Virus record (IMG/VR): IMGVR_UViG_3300026257_000002 | Location: 1 to 64,000 of that record | Reading direction: 5' to 3' (one strand) | Source: a virus | DNA length: 64,000 nt | Shown: positions 16,057 through 25,681 of the stretch, one piece after another | How positions within the stretch are numbered: the first letter of the stretch is position 1 | Layout: the number at the start of each line of letters is the position of its first letter | Notes under the pieces: generated by a model | Database searches by the model: none | The model's input: only the letters and a program-made list of their open reading frames with translations | Told to the model about the DNA's origin: nothing | Position numbers and translations under genes: made by a program

Positions 16057-16524
16057 ATGGGTGCTATGACACCGCCGAGCAGAAAGTCCTGCTACAACTT
16101 CAGAGTAACGGAGATCAATCGTGTTCTTGATGGTGATACTATTGATGTCACTATTGATCTTGGGTTTGATTTATACAAGAAAGAAAGAGTTAGAGTTGCA
16201 GGCGTTGATACGCCGGAGAAAAGGACTAGAAATTTAGAGGAGAAAAAACTTGGAATCGACGCAACCAACTGGCTCAAAGAGAAACTGGAGAGTACTATCG
16301 CTGGTGATGATGAGTTGTCTGTTAGGACTGAACTTGTTGGTGGGGTCGGTAAGTATGGGCGTCTTCTTGGTTGGTTATACATTGGGGACTCAGAATTGTC
16401 TCTCAACGAACAAATGATTGAAGAGGGATATGCTCACGCATACGATGGTGGCACCAAAGACATGAATCTTGAAGCACTTCGGGAGATTCGTAAGGCACAT
16501 GGTACTCTAATAGAAATAGAGTAA
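16057..16524 (+). CDS. Thermonuclease (staphylococcal nuclease-like)
   Basis: RVLDGDTIDV, RVRVAGVDTPE, GKYGRLLGWLY, LNEQMIEEGYA motifs. Confidence 0.9.
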   Translation: MGAMTPPSRKSCYNFRVTEINRVLDGDTIDVTIDLGFDLYKKERVRVAGVDTPEKRTRNLEEKKLGIDATNWLKEKLESTIAGDDELSVRTELVGGVGKYGRLLGWLYIGDSELSLNEQMIEEGYAHAYDGGTKDMNLEALREIRKAHGTLIEIE

Positions 16525-16579
16525 GTATTAATTACCGAAACCAAATGATAAATAGCTTCAGTCTTTAAATTATCGTGTA

Positions 16580-17077
16580 ATGAACAAAGCAATAATTGCT
16601 ATTGGAATGTTACTGATGACCACCAGTGCTGCACAGGCAGGTGGACTTGTTACTAAGCACGCTTCTTCAGTTCAATTGACGGTGGACGCGGCACGATCAA
16701 CAGCTTCAAGAATCGGATCTTCTTTCAGTATAAGTGGATCAAATATTGACACAACTGATGGAACGACGGCTAGTACAGTGTCTGCTGGTACAATAACTTC
16801 AGGCGTCTACACACCAGGAGTTATTGCAGCAACCCAAGACACAGCAGGTGCGGCTTTCAGTTTTACCCAGTCATACACTCAAGCTGATGCGGTTCCTACA
16901 AGTGCGGCGACTGTAGGTGCTAACCCTAACTTTAGTAGTGTTACATCATACACAGCTGGGGCCAAAGATACCTTGGCTGGAACTATTACCAGCGCAAATG
17001 TCATCGGCATAACGTCTGGTGGAGCCGGTACTACAGCAACAGGACAATTCGTCTCCGAAATTACTATAATTGATTAA
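16580..17077 (+). CDS. Secreted Thr/Ala/Gly/Ser-rich protein (165 aa)
   Basis: Signal-peptide-like MNKAIIAIGMLLMTTSAAQA; ATAAATA late promoter at 16548-16554. Confidence 0.75.
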   Translation: MNKAIIAIGMLLMTTSAAQAGGLVTKHASSVQLTVDAARSTASRIGSSFSISGSNIDTTDGTTASTVSAGTITSGVYTPGVIAATQDTAGAAFSFTQSYTQADAVPTSAATVGANPNFSSVTSYTAGAKDTLAGTITSANVIGITSGGAGTTATGQFVSEITIID

Positions 17078-17084
17078 GAGTGTC

Positions 17085-17501
17085 ATGAAGAAGTTAATTC
17101 TACTGGCATTTTTTCTGGGGTCTCCTGCTTTGGCAGTCCCCGTCGTTCCCAATTTTTCCCAAGGCTCGATGTCGAGCCACACAGAGACCACTCAAAAGAT
17201 AACTGAGACGATAAATAGCATGGATTATGCCACTGGTTATCAGTATTCTGCTACTGGTTCTGGTGTAACAGCATCTGGAAATCTTTCCCCAGGAACAGGT
17301 GCTTCTACTGTAACTATAGATGGAGTGACCTCATCATGGACGGGAATAACAGCAAAACCAACGTTCCAACAAACAAATCCAGGAGCAGCTTTCCAGTTCA
17401 CAGAAACTTACAGCGGCCCGGGTCTTCAAAATCATACAATTATTCAAAGGGAAACCGAAGTTACAAGCGTTACCGACACCACAAGTATCTTCTCGCAGTA
17501 G
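17085..17501 (+). CDS. Secreted Thr/Ser-rich protein (138 aa)
   Basis: Signal-peptide-like MKKLILLAFFLGSPALA; start reassigned to 17085. Confidence 0.75.
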   Translation: MKKLILLAFFLGSPALAVPVVPNFSQGSMSSHTETTQKITETINSMDYATGYQYSATGSGVTASGNLSPGTGASTVTIDGVTSSWTGITAKPTFQQTNPGAAFQFTETYSGPGLQNHTIIQRETEVTSVTDTTSIFSQ

Positions 17502-18265
17502 CATTATTATTTACTAATCCTTCTTATGCTGAAACTATTGGTGGTGTGTCTGCTACTGCTTCTCCGGTAGCTAATTCATCTGGCTCGGTAACAAATCAAG
17601 CCGTTCAAGTACTGCAGGGACCATATATTACAAACACATACGGAGGTGGTATACAATGTCAAGGGCCCACTCGCAACTTCTCACCCTATGTAACTGGAAC
17701 TGCATCTGCATCTAGACCATGGGAACCATATTATAATGATCCAGTATATGATGTCACCGATACAATGGGTGCCTTCGATGATGATGGTAATGTTATACCA
17801 GATGGACGTATTGATAATCCAGGTGATATTTTATTTCATAAAAGAACAAGAACTGGACAAAAAGATAACTATAGTATAGGTGTTGGTTTCTCCATGACAT
17901 GGAGCACACCTACAGATAAAAAATTACAAGAACTATGTAAAGAAGCAGCAACTACACAAATTGCATTACAGCAACAACTAACTGCCAACAAGAGGCTAGA
18001 TTTTGAGATAGCCCGTTTGAAAAATTGCGGGGAGCTAATGCAGAAAGGTATAATGTTTGCACCTGGTAGTAAGTATGCAAATGTGTGTGCTGATGTTGTA
18101 GTAATGAACAAGAACGCTACTACACCACACATTCACTCAATTCCACAACCTACTTCTTCGTCTTCGCCTTTACAGACTTCAACTTTGCAATCGCTTGATT
18201 CCGATCACGCTGTTCTGCTCGGCGGTCCCCTACAGATTGGACCTTCATCTTCTTCCCCCGAATAG
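17336..18265 (+). CDS. Secreted/membrane protein; true start uncertain
   Basis: Signal-like KYLLAVALLFTNPSYA then ETIGGVSATASPVANSSGSVTNQAVQV; paired Cys; C-terminal helical region. Confidence 0.7.
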   Translation: MDGNNSKTNVPTNKSRSSFPVHRNLQRPGSSKSYNYSKGNRSYKRYRHHKYLLAVALLFTNPSYAETIGGVSATASPVANSSGSVTNQAVQVLQGPYITNTYGGGIQCQGPTRNFSPYVTGTASASRPWEPYYNDPVYDVTDTMGAFDDDGNVIPDGRIDNPGDILFHKRTRTGQKDNYSIGVGFSMTWSTPTDKKLQELCKEAATTQIALQQQLTANKRLDFEIARLKNCGELMQKGIMFAPGSKYANVCADVVVMNKNATTPHIHSIPQPTSSSSPLQTSTLQSLDSDHAVLLGGPLQIGPSSSSPE

Positions 18266-18962
18266 TAGCAACCTTCTTTAGAACTTTCTTCACTGTAGGT
18301 TTGATTACCTTCAGAAGAATGTCAGCGAATGGTTTAGCGAGCAGTGCTGATGTAGTAGCAACTACAGCAATACCCCCAGTGGTGACCACAACACTAGCTG
18401 GGGGTAATCCATTTAATACTTGTGTAACTACAGGAACATCACCTACCTCTCGGATACATTCACCTCCAACTAACTTATATCCTAATATTTCTTTGCGTCC
18501 ACTATCAAACAGGAACCCCACGGGTTCTTTATTTAACTGTTCTTGAGTAGGACACTGAATGCTTGCTGGTGGAGCAGATGGTGGTGTCGATGGAGTTTCC
18601 TTTGATATATCTTTTGAATTATTTGGTTGCTCTCCTTTAACTTTAGGAGTTGGTGTCGGACCTTTAGTAAATTTTAATTGATTTTTATCATAATCAATTG
18701 GACTGAATGATGGAACACCTGCATCACAATAAGTGATTAGACCATTCTCATCATCCATACCAATAGTTTCAGAATCATCAATTTCATGAGCTTCTACACA
18801 ACCAGGAATATTAACGATAGGAATTCCTAATTCTACTGTTACCGGAGGTATAATAACATTAGTCCTTCCCACAACAGGAGTAGTCCAGATATCAATGGGT
18901 GGGATATCTAGTTGCCTGATATTTACTTTAATATCGATTGGTCTAATCTCAAGAATATCCAT
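18150..18962 (-). CDS. Pro-rich membrane-anchored hypothetical protein (270 aa)
   Basis: ORF track; hydrophobic VVVTTGGIAVVATTSALLA followed by a Lys-rich tail. Confidence 0.7.
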   Translation of the reverse strand: MDILEIRPIDIKVNIRQLDIPPIDIWTTPVVGRTNVIIPPVTVELGIPIVNIPGCVEAHEIDDSETIGMDDENGLITYCDAGVPSFSPIDYDKNQLKFTKGPTPTPKVKGEQPNNSKDISKETPSTPPSAPPASIQCPTQEQLNKEPVGFLFDSGRKEILGYKLVGGECIREVGDVPVVTQVLNGLPPASVVVTTGGIAVVATTSALLAKPFADILLKVIKPTVKKVLKKVATIRGKKMKVQSVGDRRAEQRDRNQAIAKLKSVKAKTKK

Positions 18963-18965
18963 TTG

Positions 18966-19202
18966 TCATGGGAAGTTAATCACAGAACCAGTTGAACTTG
19001 GCATCTCAGGCATCTCAGGCATAGCACCGTCGAGCATACCAGGAAGTGCTTCAGTCATTGCACCAGCAATAGCCTTCGCTACATTCTCCCTAGCATTTTC
19101 AATTAAAATATCCTTTTGAACATAAAGATAAACACCACCCCCTAGGACAGATAATGAAACTAGACCAGATAACAACGCGACACCGTTAATCAATTTTTGC
19201 AT
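18966..19202 (-). CDS. Small membrane protein (78 aa)
   Basis: Start reassigned to MQKLING; N-terminal TM segment. Confidence 0.7.
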   Translation of the reverse strand: MQKLINGVALLSGLVSLSVLGGGVYLYVQKDILIENARENVAKAIAGAMTEALPGMLDGAMPEMPEMPSSTGSVINFP

Positions 19203-19470
19203 CTTTCTTCTCCAACGTAGGTGATTCTTTTTCTTCCTTCTTTTTAGAAGGCATGACTCCAAAGGTAGCTAGAGTTCCAGTAAACACACTAGCTATAAAA
19301 GTTGGGTCAATATTTTTTTGAGGAATACCAGGAACAGTTACATAATTAAGAGTCAGAATTGCTGCTGACCATCCAAGAATAATAACTCGAACGAGAGTTG
19401 ATACACCCTCATCCGCCCACTCAAATTTATTTTCCTGTTTAGTTTCCCCTTTCTTTGGATTTAATTCCAT
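19186..19470 (-). CDS. Two-TM membrane protein (94 aa)
   Basis: VRVIILGWSAAILTLNYV and FIASVFTGTLATFGV segments. Confidence 0.7.
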   Translation of the reverse strand: MELNPKKGETKQENKFEWADEGVSTLVRVIILGWSAAILTLNYVTVPGIPQKNIDPTFIASVFTGTLATFGVMPSKKKEEKESPTLEKKDAKID

Positions 19471-19494
19471 AAGTAAAGAGTAAGGCTCTTTTAT

Positions 19495-20187
19495 TTATTT
19501 GATGTAACCTTTTTCTTCTAAAAACTGTCTAGTTAAAGGAGTTGGACTATACACTTCCCACATTTTACCAGTAGCACATGCTGCTAACGCATCCATTGTC
19601 ATTTTATCAGTATGTCCTGCCCACATTGCTTCACGTTCCCATGGAAGAACACTATCTGTATAAGTTCTTTTAGCAATCTCAGTCCACAACATAGGAACAT
19701 CTTCCTCTGGTTTGATGATAGCGATCATATTGTTATCAATGGTGCCTGCCATACAATCCTGTGCTGCATGCCATCCTTCATGACGCATAACCGACATTAG
19801 AGTACCTTGTTTACTCATATAATCTTCATTCAAGAAGAAGTTATTACCTACTGTATGATATACTCCACGATGTCCATGAGGAAAATACTTTTGATCTGCT
19901 AGAAATACATTAACTCCGACATGCTCAAGAGAAACAAGCATTGAGTTAAACTCATGAGCAATAATACCATAATTACTATCAGGATAACGATTACGGATAT
20001 CTCCAATACTGTAAATTTTTTCCACATTATCGGTACATTCCCTTAGTAACATACATCCCATAGCATCATAAGATTTCATTCCCTTAGTGATTTTATTTAC
20101 CCCTAGAGGTTCATTAATCGAAGATGTATGATGATCAGCAAGAACAGGAGTTGCTGTAAGAAGTAATGCTAATAGAAATTTATTCAT
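19495..20187 (-). CDS. Secreted zinc-metallopeptidase-like protein (230 aa)
   Basis: Signal-like MNKFLLALLLTATPVLA; HExxH motif RHEGWHAAQDC; downstream WEREA. Confidence 0.7.
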   Translation of the reverse strand: MNKFLLALLLTATPVLADHHTSSINEPLGVNKITKGMKSYDAMGCMLLRECTDNVEKIYSIGDIRNRYPDSNYGIIAHEFNSMLVSLEHVGVNVFLADQKYFPHGHRGVYHTVGNNFFLNEDYMSKQGTLMSVMRHEGWHAAQDCMAGTIDNNMIAIIKPEEDVPMLWTEIAKRTYTDSVLPWEREAMWAGHTDKMTMDALAACATGKMWEVYSPTPLTRQFLEEKGYIK

Positions 20188-20189
20188 AA

Positions 20190-20522
20190 TTAATTTTGAA
20201 AAGTTTTAATAAAATACTCAGCGTCAACTACCACCAAAGGTTTCTTGCCATTCTTTTTGATAACAACAATTGGTTCATAATTACCGCAATTCGATGCAGA
20301 CTGTTCGTATGCTTCCCAGATATTTAGTTTCTCTACATTTTTACATTCTATGCTATGTGGAAACTTTTGACGTGCTGCTCGCGCCATAATTAAATCTTCT
20401 CCACCAGCACCCATGCTACGAGACTCAATGTCTTCAGGATGAATGTCAAGTGCTTCAATAAGTTTATCTCTCACCCACTGTTGCAACCGTCTGCCTTTTG
20501 CTTTCGCAGACTGTGCCTTCAT
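20190..20522 (-). CDS. PD-(D/E)xK endonuclease, Holliday-junction-resolvase-like
   Basis: AKAKGRRLQ..., GGEDL, SIECK motifs. Confidence 0.7.
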   Translation of the reverse strand: MKAQSAKAKGRRLQQWVRDKLIEALDIHPEDIESRSMGAGGEDLIMARAARQKFPHSIECKNVEKLNIWEAYEQSASNCGNYEPIVVIKKNGKKPLVVVDAEYFIKTFQN

Positions 20523-20554
20523 AAAAAAATACCCCCATCATATGATGGAGGTAT
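20523..20554 (-). terminator. Rho-independent terminator overlapping a late promoter (CTAAATA, 20552-20558)
   Basis: ATACCTCCATCA-TA-TGATGGGGGTAT stem followed by a T tract. Confidence 0.75.
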
Positions 20555-20590
20555 TTAGACTACATCAGTGGGTATCCCACGGATCGGGTA

Positions 20591-20824
20591 TTAAATTCCT
20601 TGGTCTTTGGTTTGTTTGAAGAACTCTTGGAGGCTCGACTGGCAGTTGGGTGGTTCTGGATCCTTGATCCCTTTCTTCTTCTTCCAATCGTTGTGCATAG
20701 CTTGCATCATCCAACTCTGGGAAAGACTCCTCGGTCCATTCTTCAAACATTCTATCTGCATCGTACTCAAGACTTTCATGCCTTGATACTCTTCCCTCCA
20801 ACCATGCAAAGAATCTTCGATCAT
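20591..20824 (-). CDS. Hypothetical protein (77 aa)
   Basis: ATGA overlap with the nrdB stop. Confidence 0.7.
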   Translation of the reverse strand: MIEDSLHGWREEYQGMKVLSTMQIECLKNGPRSLSQSWMMQAMHNDWKKKKGIKDPEPPNCQSSLQEFFKQTKDQGI

Positions 20825-22005
20825 AACTGGAAACCAGCGAAAGTATCTTTCTTAACATCCTGCTTAATTCCTCCAACAATATAACTTTCATTTTCAGTTT
20901 CTTGTGGTGCTACCTGAAGACCCTTAGAGGAAATCCAATGTTCGGTCCATGGTAGTGGATTATTCTTAGCAGCAACATCATATACTGGTTTTAAACCAAT
21001 TGATTTCATGCGACGATTGGCGATCCACTCAACATACTGAGTCAGAAGTTTAGCATTCAAACCAATCATAGAACCTTCTTTAAACAGATAGTCTGCCCAG
21101 ACACGTTCTTCAGTTACCGCCGCCTCAAATGCTTGATAGACCCACTGCTCTTCTTCTTCAGCAATTCTAACCATGTCTGGGTCGTCTCCCTGACACCATT
21201 TATTAATAATGTTTTGTGTAAGAACAAGATGTTGGTTTTCATCTCTTGCGATGAGAGAGATAATTTTAGCGGATCCCTCCATAAGTTTAAGCTCTCCAAA
21301 AGCGAATGAACATGCGAACGAGACATAGAATCGAATTCCTTCAAGAATGTTGACATTGATTACAGCACGATAAAGTTTACGCTTAAGTTCATATAAATCA
21401 CATTCAGCAGCAGGAACTCCATCTAGGTTGTGTTGCCACATGTTACCACTACCATATGTCTGAGCATGATTAATGAATTCATCATATGCACCCGTAACTG
21501 TTTCGGCGCGTGATAGTATCATATCATCTTCCAAGATCGTGTCAAGCACTTCTGCTGGATCAGCGTAAACATTTTTGATGATGTAAGTATATGAACGACT
21601 ATGAATCATTTCCATAAAAGACCATGCTTCCATACATGATTCAAGTTCAGGTAACGAACAGTATGGTAAGAAAGCCATACCAGGAGCACGACCCTGAACT
21701 GAATCAAGCATAATCTGATACTTTAGATTAGAAGTAAAGATATGTTTTTGCTCTGGACGCAATGATTGATAATCACCACGATCTTTTTGCAGAGAAACCT
21801 CCTCAGGTCTCCAGAAGTATCCAAGTTGCGACTGAGTAAGTTTATCAAACACTGGATACTTAAAGTTATCATAACGTTGAACACCAAGGGGAGCACCAAA
21901 GAACATTGGTTGTTTCTTAGTATCAACATTATCCCTATTAAATACAGTCATACCACGAACTGTAGTATCTTCTTCCGATCTCACTCTAAAGTTTACATGA
22001 CTCAC
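20821..22005 (-). CDS. nrdB: Ribonucleotide reductase class Ia beta subunit
   Basis: FWRPEEVSL, EMIHSRSY, LEGIRFYVSF, IARDENQH, QVAPQETE. Confidence 0.97.
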   Translation of the reverse strand: MSHVNFRVRSEEDTTVRGMTVFNRDNVDTKKQPMFFGAPLGVQRYDNFKYPVFDKLTQSQLGYFWRPEEVSLQKDRGDYQSLRPEQKHIFTSNLKYQIMLDSVQGRAPGMAFLPYCSLPELESCMEAWSFMEMIHSRSYTYIIKNVYADPAEVLDTILEDDMILSRAETVTGAYDEFINHAQTYGSGNMWQHNLDGVPAAECDLYELKRKLYRAVINVNILEGIRFYVSFACSFAFGELKLMEGSAKIISLIARDENQHLVLTQNIINKWCQGDDPDMVRIAEEEEQWVYQAFEAAVTEERVWADYLFKEGSMIGLNAKLLTQYVEWIANRRMKSIGLKPVYDVAAKNNPLPWTEHWISSKGLQVAPQETENESYIVGGIKQDVKKDTFAGFQL

Positions 22006-24292
22006 AGTCTTCCTCCTCGGTGTTTTCTATACTTAAAATTAAACTTTCTAAACTCTTCTTCACATCTTCTTGATATTCATCAGTCTTAATGTCATATGTA
22101 TTCTGATAATAAGAAGTCTTCCAACCATACTTATAAGTACTGAGGAAGTCTTGTGCCATTACTGAAACTGGAACCTCATTATTATCAAACTTTTCTGGAT
22201 TATAAGACCAGTTACCACTAATTCCTTGATCGAAGAACTTTTGCATAACAGCAACAATCTTAATATATCCAGCATTGGATGCCATATCCCATAAGAGTGT
22301 GTAGTTATTCTTTAGTGTAGCATACTGAGGAACAATTTGCTTAAGAACCCCCTTCTTTGATTTTTTAACGGACAAGTATGCTCTAGGAGGTTCGATTCCG
22401 TTTGTGGCATTTGACACAACGGAACTGCTCTCCGAAGGCATTTGTGCGGACAATGTTGAGTGCCGTAAACCGTGTTCCAAGATAGATGCCCTAAGAGATT
22501 CCCAGTCATAATTGTATTCCGGTGATACTATACCATCAACATCATTCTTATATGTATCAATCGGAAGGATGCCATCTGCATACTTTGTGTGGACGAATGC
22601 CTCACAATGTCCTTTCTCCTTAGCAACTTCATTAGAAGATTTCAAAAGGAAGTATTGGAAAGCTTCAGACAAATCATGAACTACTTTCCATGCTGCTGGA
22701 TCGTCATAGTGCTCGCCATTACGAGCAAGGTAATGTGCTAAACCAATAAACCCTACTCCCAATGATCTCCTCGCCTTTGTAGAGCGTTCTGCAGCTGCTA
22801 CAGGATATTTTTGATAGTCTATTACTTCCTCTAAACTACGAACAGAAAGATCACATAGTTCTTCCATCTCAGAAAGTTTGTAAATCTTACCTATATTAAT
22901 AGCAGAAAGAATACAAAGAGCAATCTCACCATCAGAATCATCGATGTGAGTAAGTGGTTTAGTTGGAAGAGTGATCTCCTGACAGAGATTACTCATATAA
23001 ACTTTATCTTTGAATGAAGAATGTGAATTACAGTGATCTATATTCATAATATAAATCCTTCCAGTCTCTGCTCTTTCCTTAAGAAGATTAAGAATTAATT
23101 CTTGAGCATTAATTGTTGTTCTTGGGATTGACTCGTCTGACTCATATGAGCAGTATAAACTATCAAAAGAGTCGGTCCCAAAATTCTCATAAAGGTCAGG
23201 AACATTATGAGGGGAAAAAAGGGAGATGTCCTTATTTTCGATAAAACGTTCATAGAATAATTTAGAAATTTGGATAGAATAATCTAATTTGCGAACACGG
23301 TTATCTTCAGTTCCTTTATTATTCTTAAGGACAAGAATATCTTCTATTTCTTGATGCCAGATTGGGAAGTGGACAGTTGCTGATCCACCACGGATTCCAT
23401 TTTGAGTGCAGCATCTGACAGTTGACTCAAACTTTTTGAGAAAAGGGACAACACCGGTATGCTGTACTTCTCCACCTCTGATTTTACTGTTGATGCCACG
23501 GATTCTACCTGCGTTGATACCGATTCCTGCACGTTGAGCAACATACTGACCAATCGCCATGTCACTAGAAAAGATGCTATCGAGGGTGTCATCAATATCA
23601 ACAAGCACACAGCTAGCAAATTGTCGGAGAGGGGTGCGCACCCCAGCCAAGATAGGTGTGGGAACGTTGATTTTGTGCTTGCTGATTGCGTTGTAGTATC
23701 TTCTAACATAATCTAACCTCTTCTCCTGTGGATATTCTGCAAAGATCGTAGCAGCAACTAATAAGTATGCATACTGAGGAGTTTCATAAATTGTATTTAA
23801 ACTCCTATCTTGAACGAGATACTTATCAACTACTTGACGAAGACCAGCATAAGTAAACAAATAGTCACGACCATGATCTATGTATGAATGAATTTTTTCC
23901 CATTCATCATCAGAATATTTAGTCACCAATTCAGCATCATAGATGCCACGACTAATACCTTCAATCAAATGTTCCTTAAGATCAGGAAATCCATGTTGCC
24001 AATCAGGTCCAAAAACTTGCTTATAAAGACCAAACAATAATAGACGTGCTGCTACAAATTGATAGTTTGGATTATCCAAAGAGATAAGGTCACTGGCAGA
24101 ACGCACCAGAATCTCTTGAATTTTATCTGTAGTAATGCCATCATAAAATTGAATACCAGAATTCATTTCTACTTGACTCGCAGATACTCCTGCAAGATGA
24201 TCACAAGCACATTCAACCATTGAATGAATCTTTTCCAGGTTCAGTGGTTCAATATTACCACTGCGCTTAACAACTTTGATACCGTTACTCAT
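21986..24292 (-). CDS. nrdA: Ribonucleotide reductase class Ia alpha subunit
   Basis: N-terminal ATP cone (VVKRSG), TPILAG, FASCVL, SNLCQEI, C-terminal CESCKL. Confidence 0.97.
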   Translation of the reverse strand: MSNGIKVVKRSGNIEPLNLEKIHSMVECACDHLAGVSASQVEMNSGIQFYDGITTDKIQEILVRSASDLISLDNPNYQFVAARLLLFGLYKQVFGPDWQHGFPDLKEHLIEGISRGIYDAELVTKYSDDEWEKIHSYIDHGRDYLFTYAGLRQVVDKYLVQDRSLNTIYETPQYAYLLVAATIFAEYPQEKRLDYVRRYYNAISKHKINVPTPILAGVRTPLRQFASCVLVDIDDTLDSIFSSDMAIGQYVAQRAGIGINAGRIRGINSKIRGGEVQHTGVVPFLKKFESTVRCCTQNGIRGGSATVHFPIWHQEIEDILVLKNNKGTEDNRVRKLDYSIQISKLFYERFIENKDISLFSPHNVPDLYENFGTDSFDSLYCSYESDESIPRTTINAQELILNLLKERAETGRIYIMNIDHCNSHSSFKDKVYMSNLCQEITLPTKPLTHIDDSDGEIALCILSAINIGKIYKLSEMEELCDLSVRSLEEVIDYQKYPVAAAERSTKARRSLGVGFIGLAHYLARNGEHYDDPAAWKVVHDLSEAFQYFLLKSSNEVAKEKGHCEAFVHTKYADGILPIDTYKNDVDGIVSPEYNYDWESLRASILEHGLRHSTLSAQMPSESSSVVSNATNGIEPPRAYLSVKKSKKGVLKQIVPQYATLKNNYTLLWDMASNAGYIKIVAVMQKFFDQGISGNWSYNPEKFDNNEVPVSVMAQDFLSTYKYGWKTSYYQNTYDIKTDEYQEDVKKSLESLILSIENTEEEDCESCKL

Positions 24293-25269
24293 ACTTTTTT
24301 CCAGGCGTTTAATTTAATGATTGCTTCTAGTCCTTGGTAGGTATTACATTCTACCAGATTTTGTACGTTGTGTCCAGACATCTTCATGTCATTGATATCC
24401 TTTTCAATTACGGTATTTGGCCAGATGACGATACTATTCCCAGATGAGATAAGTTTTTCATACTTGGCAACGATCTCTTTGTTGCGTGGTTCATTGTCCA
24501 AAACATAAATGAGATCACTGAACTCAGTGTCATCCAACGTAACATCAGATCCACACATGGCGATTGCATTTGATAAAAATAAGGAATCAAATGGTCCTTC
24601 GGTGACATATATTTTTTTAGTATTGTTTACTCTATCAAGTCCAAATAATTTAGGGAATGATTTATCTAAAATCGTTGTAATGTAACGAAGTTTAGTATTT
24701 TTATCTAATGACCTCCCCTGATGTCCAAACACCTTACCATCATTAGACAATAAGGGGATGACGATTCTAGATTCTTTTTGTTTATTGCTAAGTTTTGCCC
24801 AAGCATTGAAGTCTTCTGCGTAGTAAAAAATTGAGAATAAATTCTCTGGAATTTGACGTTGACTTAAGTATACTTTTGCGGGATGTTCTTTATTTAGAGT
24901 ATCTACTTTTTTAAGATCTGAGAATATATCTTTCTTAAATATTGGGGTGGGAATTTTAAAATCAGGCACTGCAGTATTAGATCCCTTGCCAGTTAGACCT
25001 TCTTTATATCTCTCCATAATATACTCATCATGAAGCATCGGAGATTGATCTTTTAAGAAATTTGTAAACGTTCTACCCATGCCACAATTATGGCATTTAA
25101 AAAAGTAATCATTACGTTTCCGATAAAAATAACCCCTAGTTTTATTACGGTGCTTCTGTGAGTCACCGCAGTAGGGGCATCTAAATGTATACAGATCTGA
25201 TTTCTTTTTAGCAAACTTTACAAGTTGAGGCGAGATAAGATTAATATACTTCGCATCAATAAAATTCAT
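24289..25269 (-). CDS. gp61: DNA primase (T4 gp61 homologue)
   Basis: Zn finger FRCPYCGDS...FKCHNCG; TOPRIM YVTEGPFDSLF, LDNEPRN, KDIND. Confidence 0.95.
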   Translation of the reverse strand: MNFIDAKYINLISPQLVKFAKKKSDLYTFRCPYCGDSQKHRNKTRGYFYRKRNDYFFKCHNCGMGRTFTNFLKDQSPMLHDEYIMERYKEGLTGKGSNTAVPDFKIPTPIFKKDIFSDLKKVDTLNKEHPAKVYLSQRQIPENLFSIFYYAEDFNAWAKLSNKQKESRIVIPLLSNDGKVFGHQGRSLDKNTKLRYITTILDKSFPKLFGLDRVNNTKKIYVTEGPFDSLFLSNAIAMCGSDVTLDDTEFSDLIYVLDNEPRNKEIVAKYEKLISSGNSIVIWPNTVIEKDINDMKMSGHNVQNLVECNTYQGLEAIIKLNAWKKV

Positions 25270-25288
25270 ATTATAGGGGCGAGTTGCT

Positions 25289-25675
25289 TCACCTCACTAT
25301 AGCAGGTTGCAGGTTCCCTGTCAAGGGTGCTGGCTGAGTAATATTCGCCATTATTCTCTGCCCCGGTACACTAACGAGGAAAGATATAACAGCAAGAGCA
25401 CCAAAAATACTCCACATCTTTTTTTCCATGACTCTAAGGCGATCATCAACCTTTCTGATATCCCTTTCACATCCTTGTTTGATTAGGGTTGCCTCACGAT
25501 CAAGAGCACGATGCATACTCTCAATCTTCTCAAACAAGACAGCATCTATTCTATCCTGCTTGTCAAGCTTCTCATCATGGACCGCCAACAACTGACCCAT
25601 CTTGACTGAATTGTCTTGTAGCGTTTCAACTACTTTTTCTAATCGTTCTAGTATAGCAGAATTAACGTCATCCAT
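25289..25675 (-). CDS. Coiled-coil protein with C-terminal TM segment (128 aa)
   Basis: ORF track; WSIFGALAVISFLVSV segment. Confidence 0.75.
   Translation of the reverse strand: MDDVNSAILERLEKVVETLQDNSVKMGQLLAVHDEKLDKQDRIDAVLFEKIESMHRALDREATLIKQGCERDIRKVDDRLRVMEKKMWSIFGALAVISFLVSVPGQRIMANITQPAPLTGNLQPAIVR
25296..25324 (-). promoter_or_regulatory. sigma70-type promoter for primase-nrdAB, embedded in the upstream CDS
   Basis: TTGACA-17 nt-TATAGT. Confidence 0.7.
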
Positions 25676-25681
25676 CCAACG

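Noticed and set aside
17446-17456. GGGAAAC slippery heptamer near the end of the 138-aa secreted gene
   Set aside because: It is out of phase for a -1 shift from the 138-aa frame (codons AGG GAA ACC), so it does not explain the start-codon anomaly
20565-20891. 108-aa minus-strand ORF overlapping nrdB and the 77-aa gene
   Set aside because: Alternative frame of better-supported genes; no motif, no independent start signal
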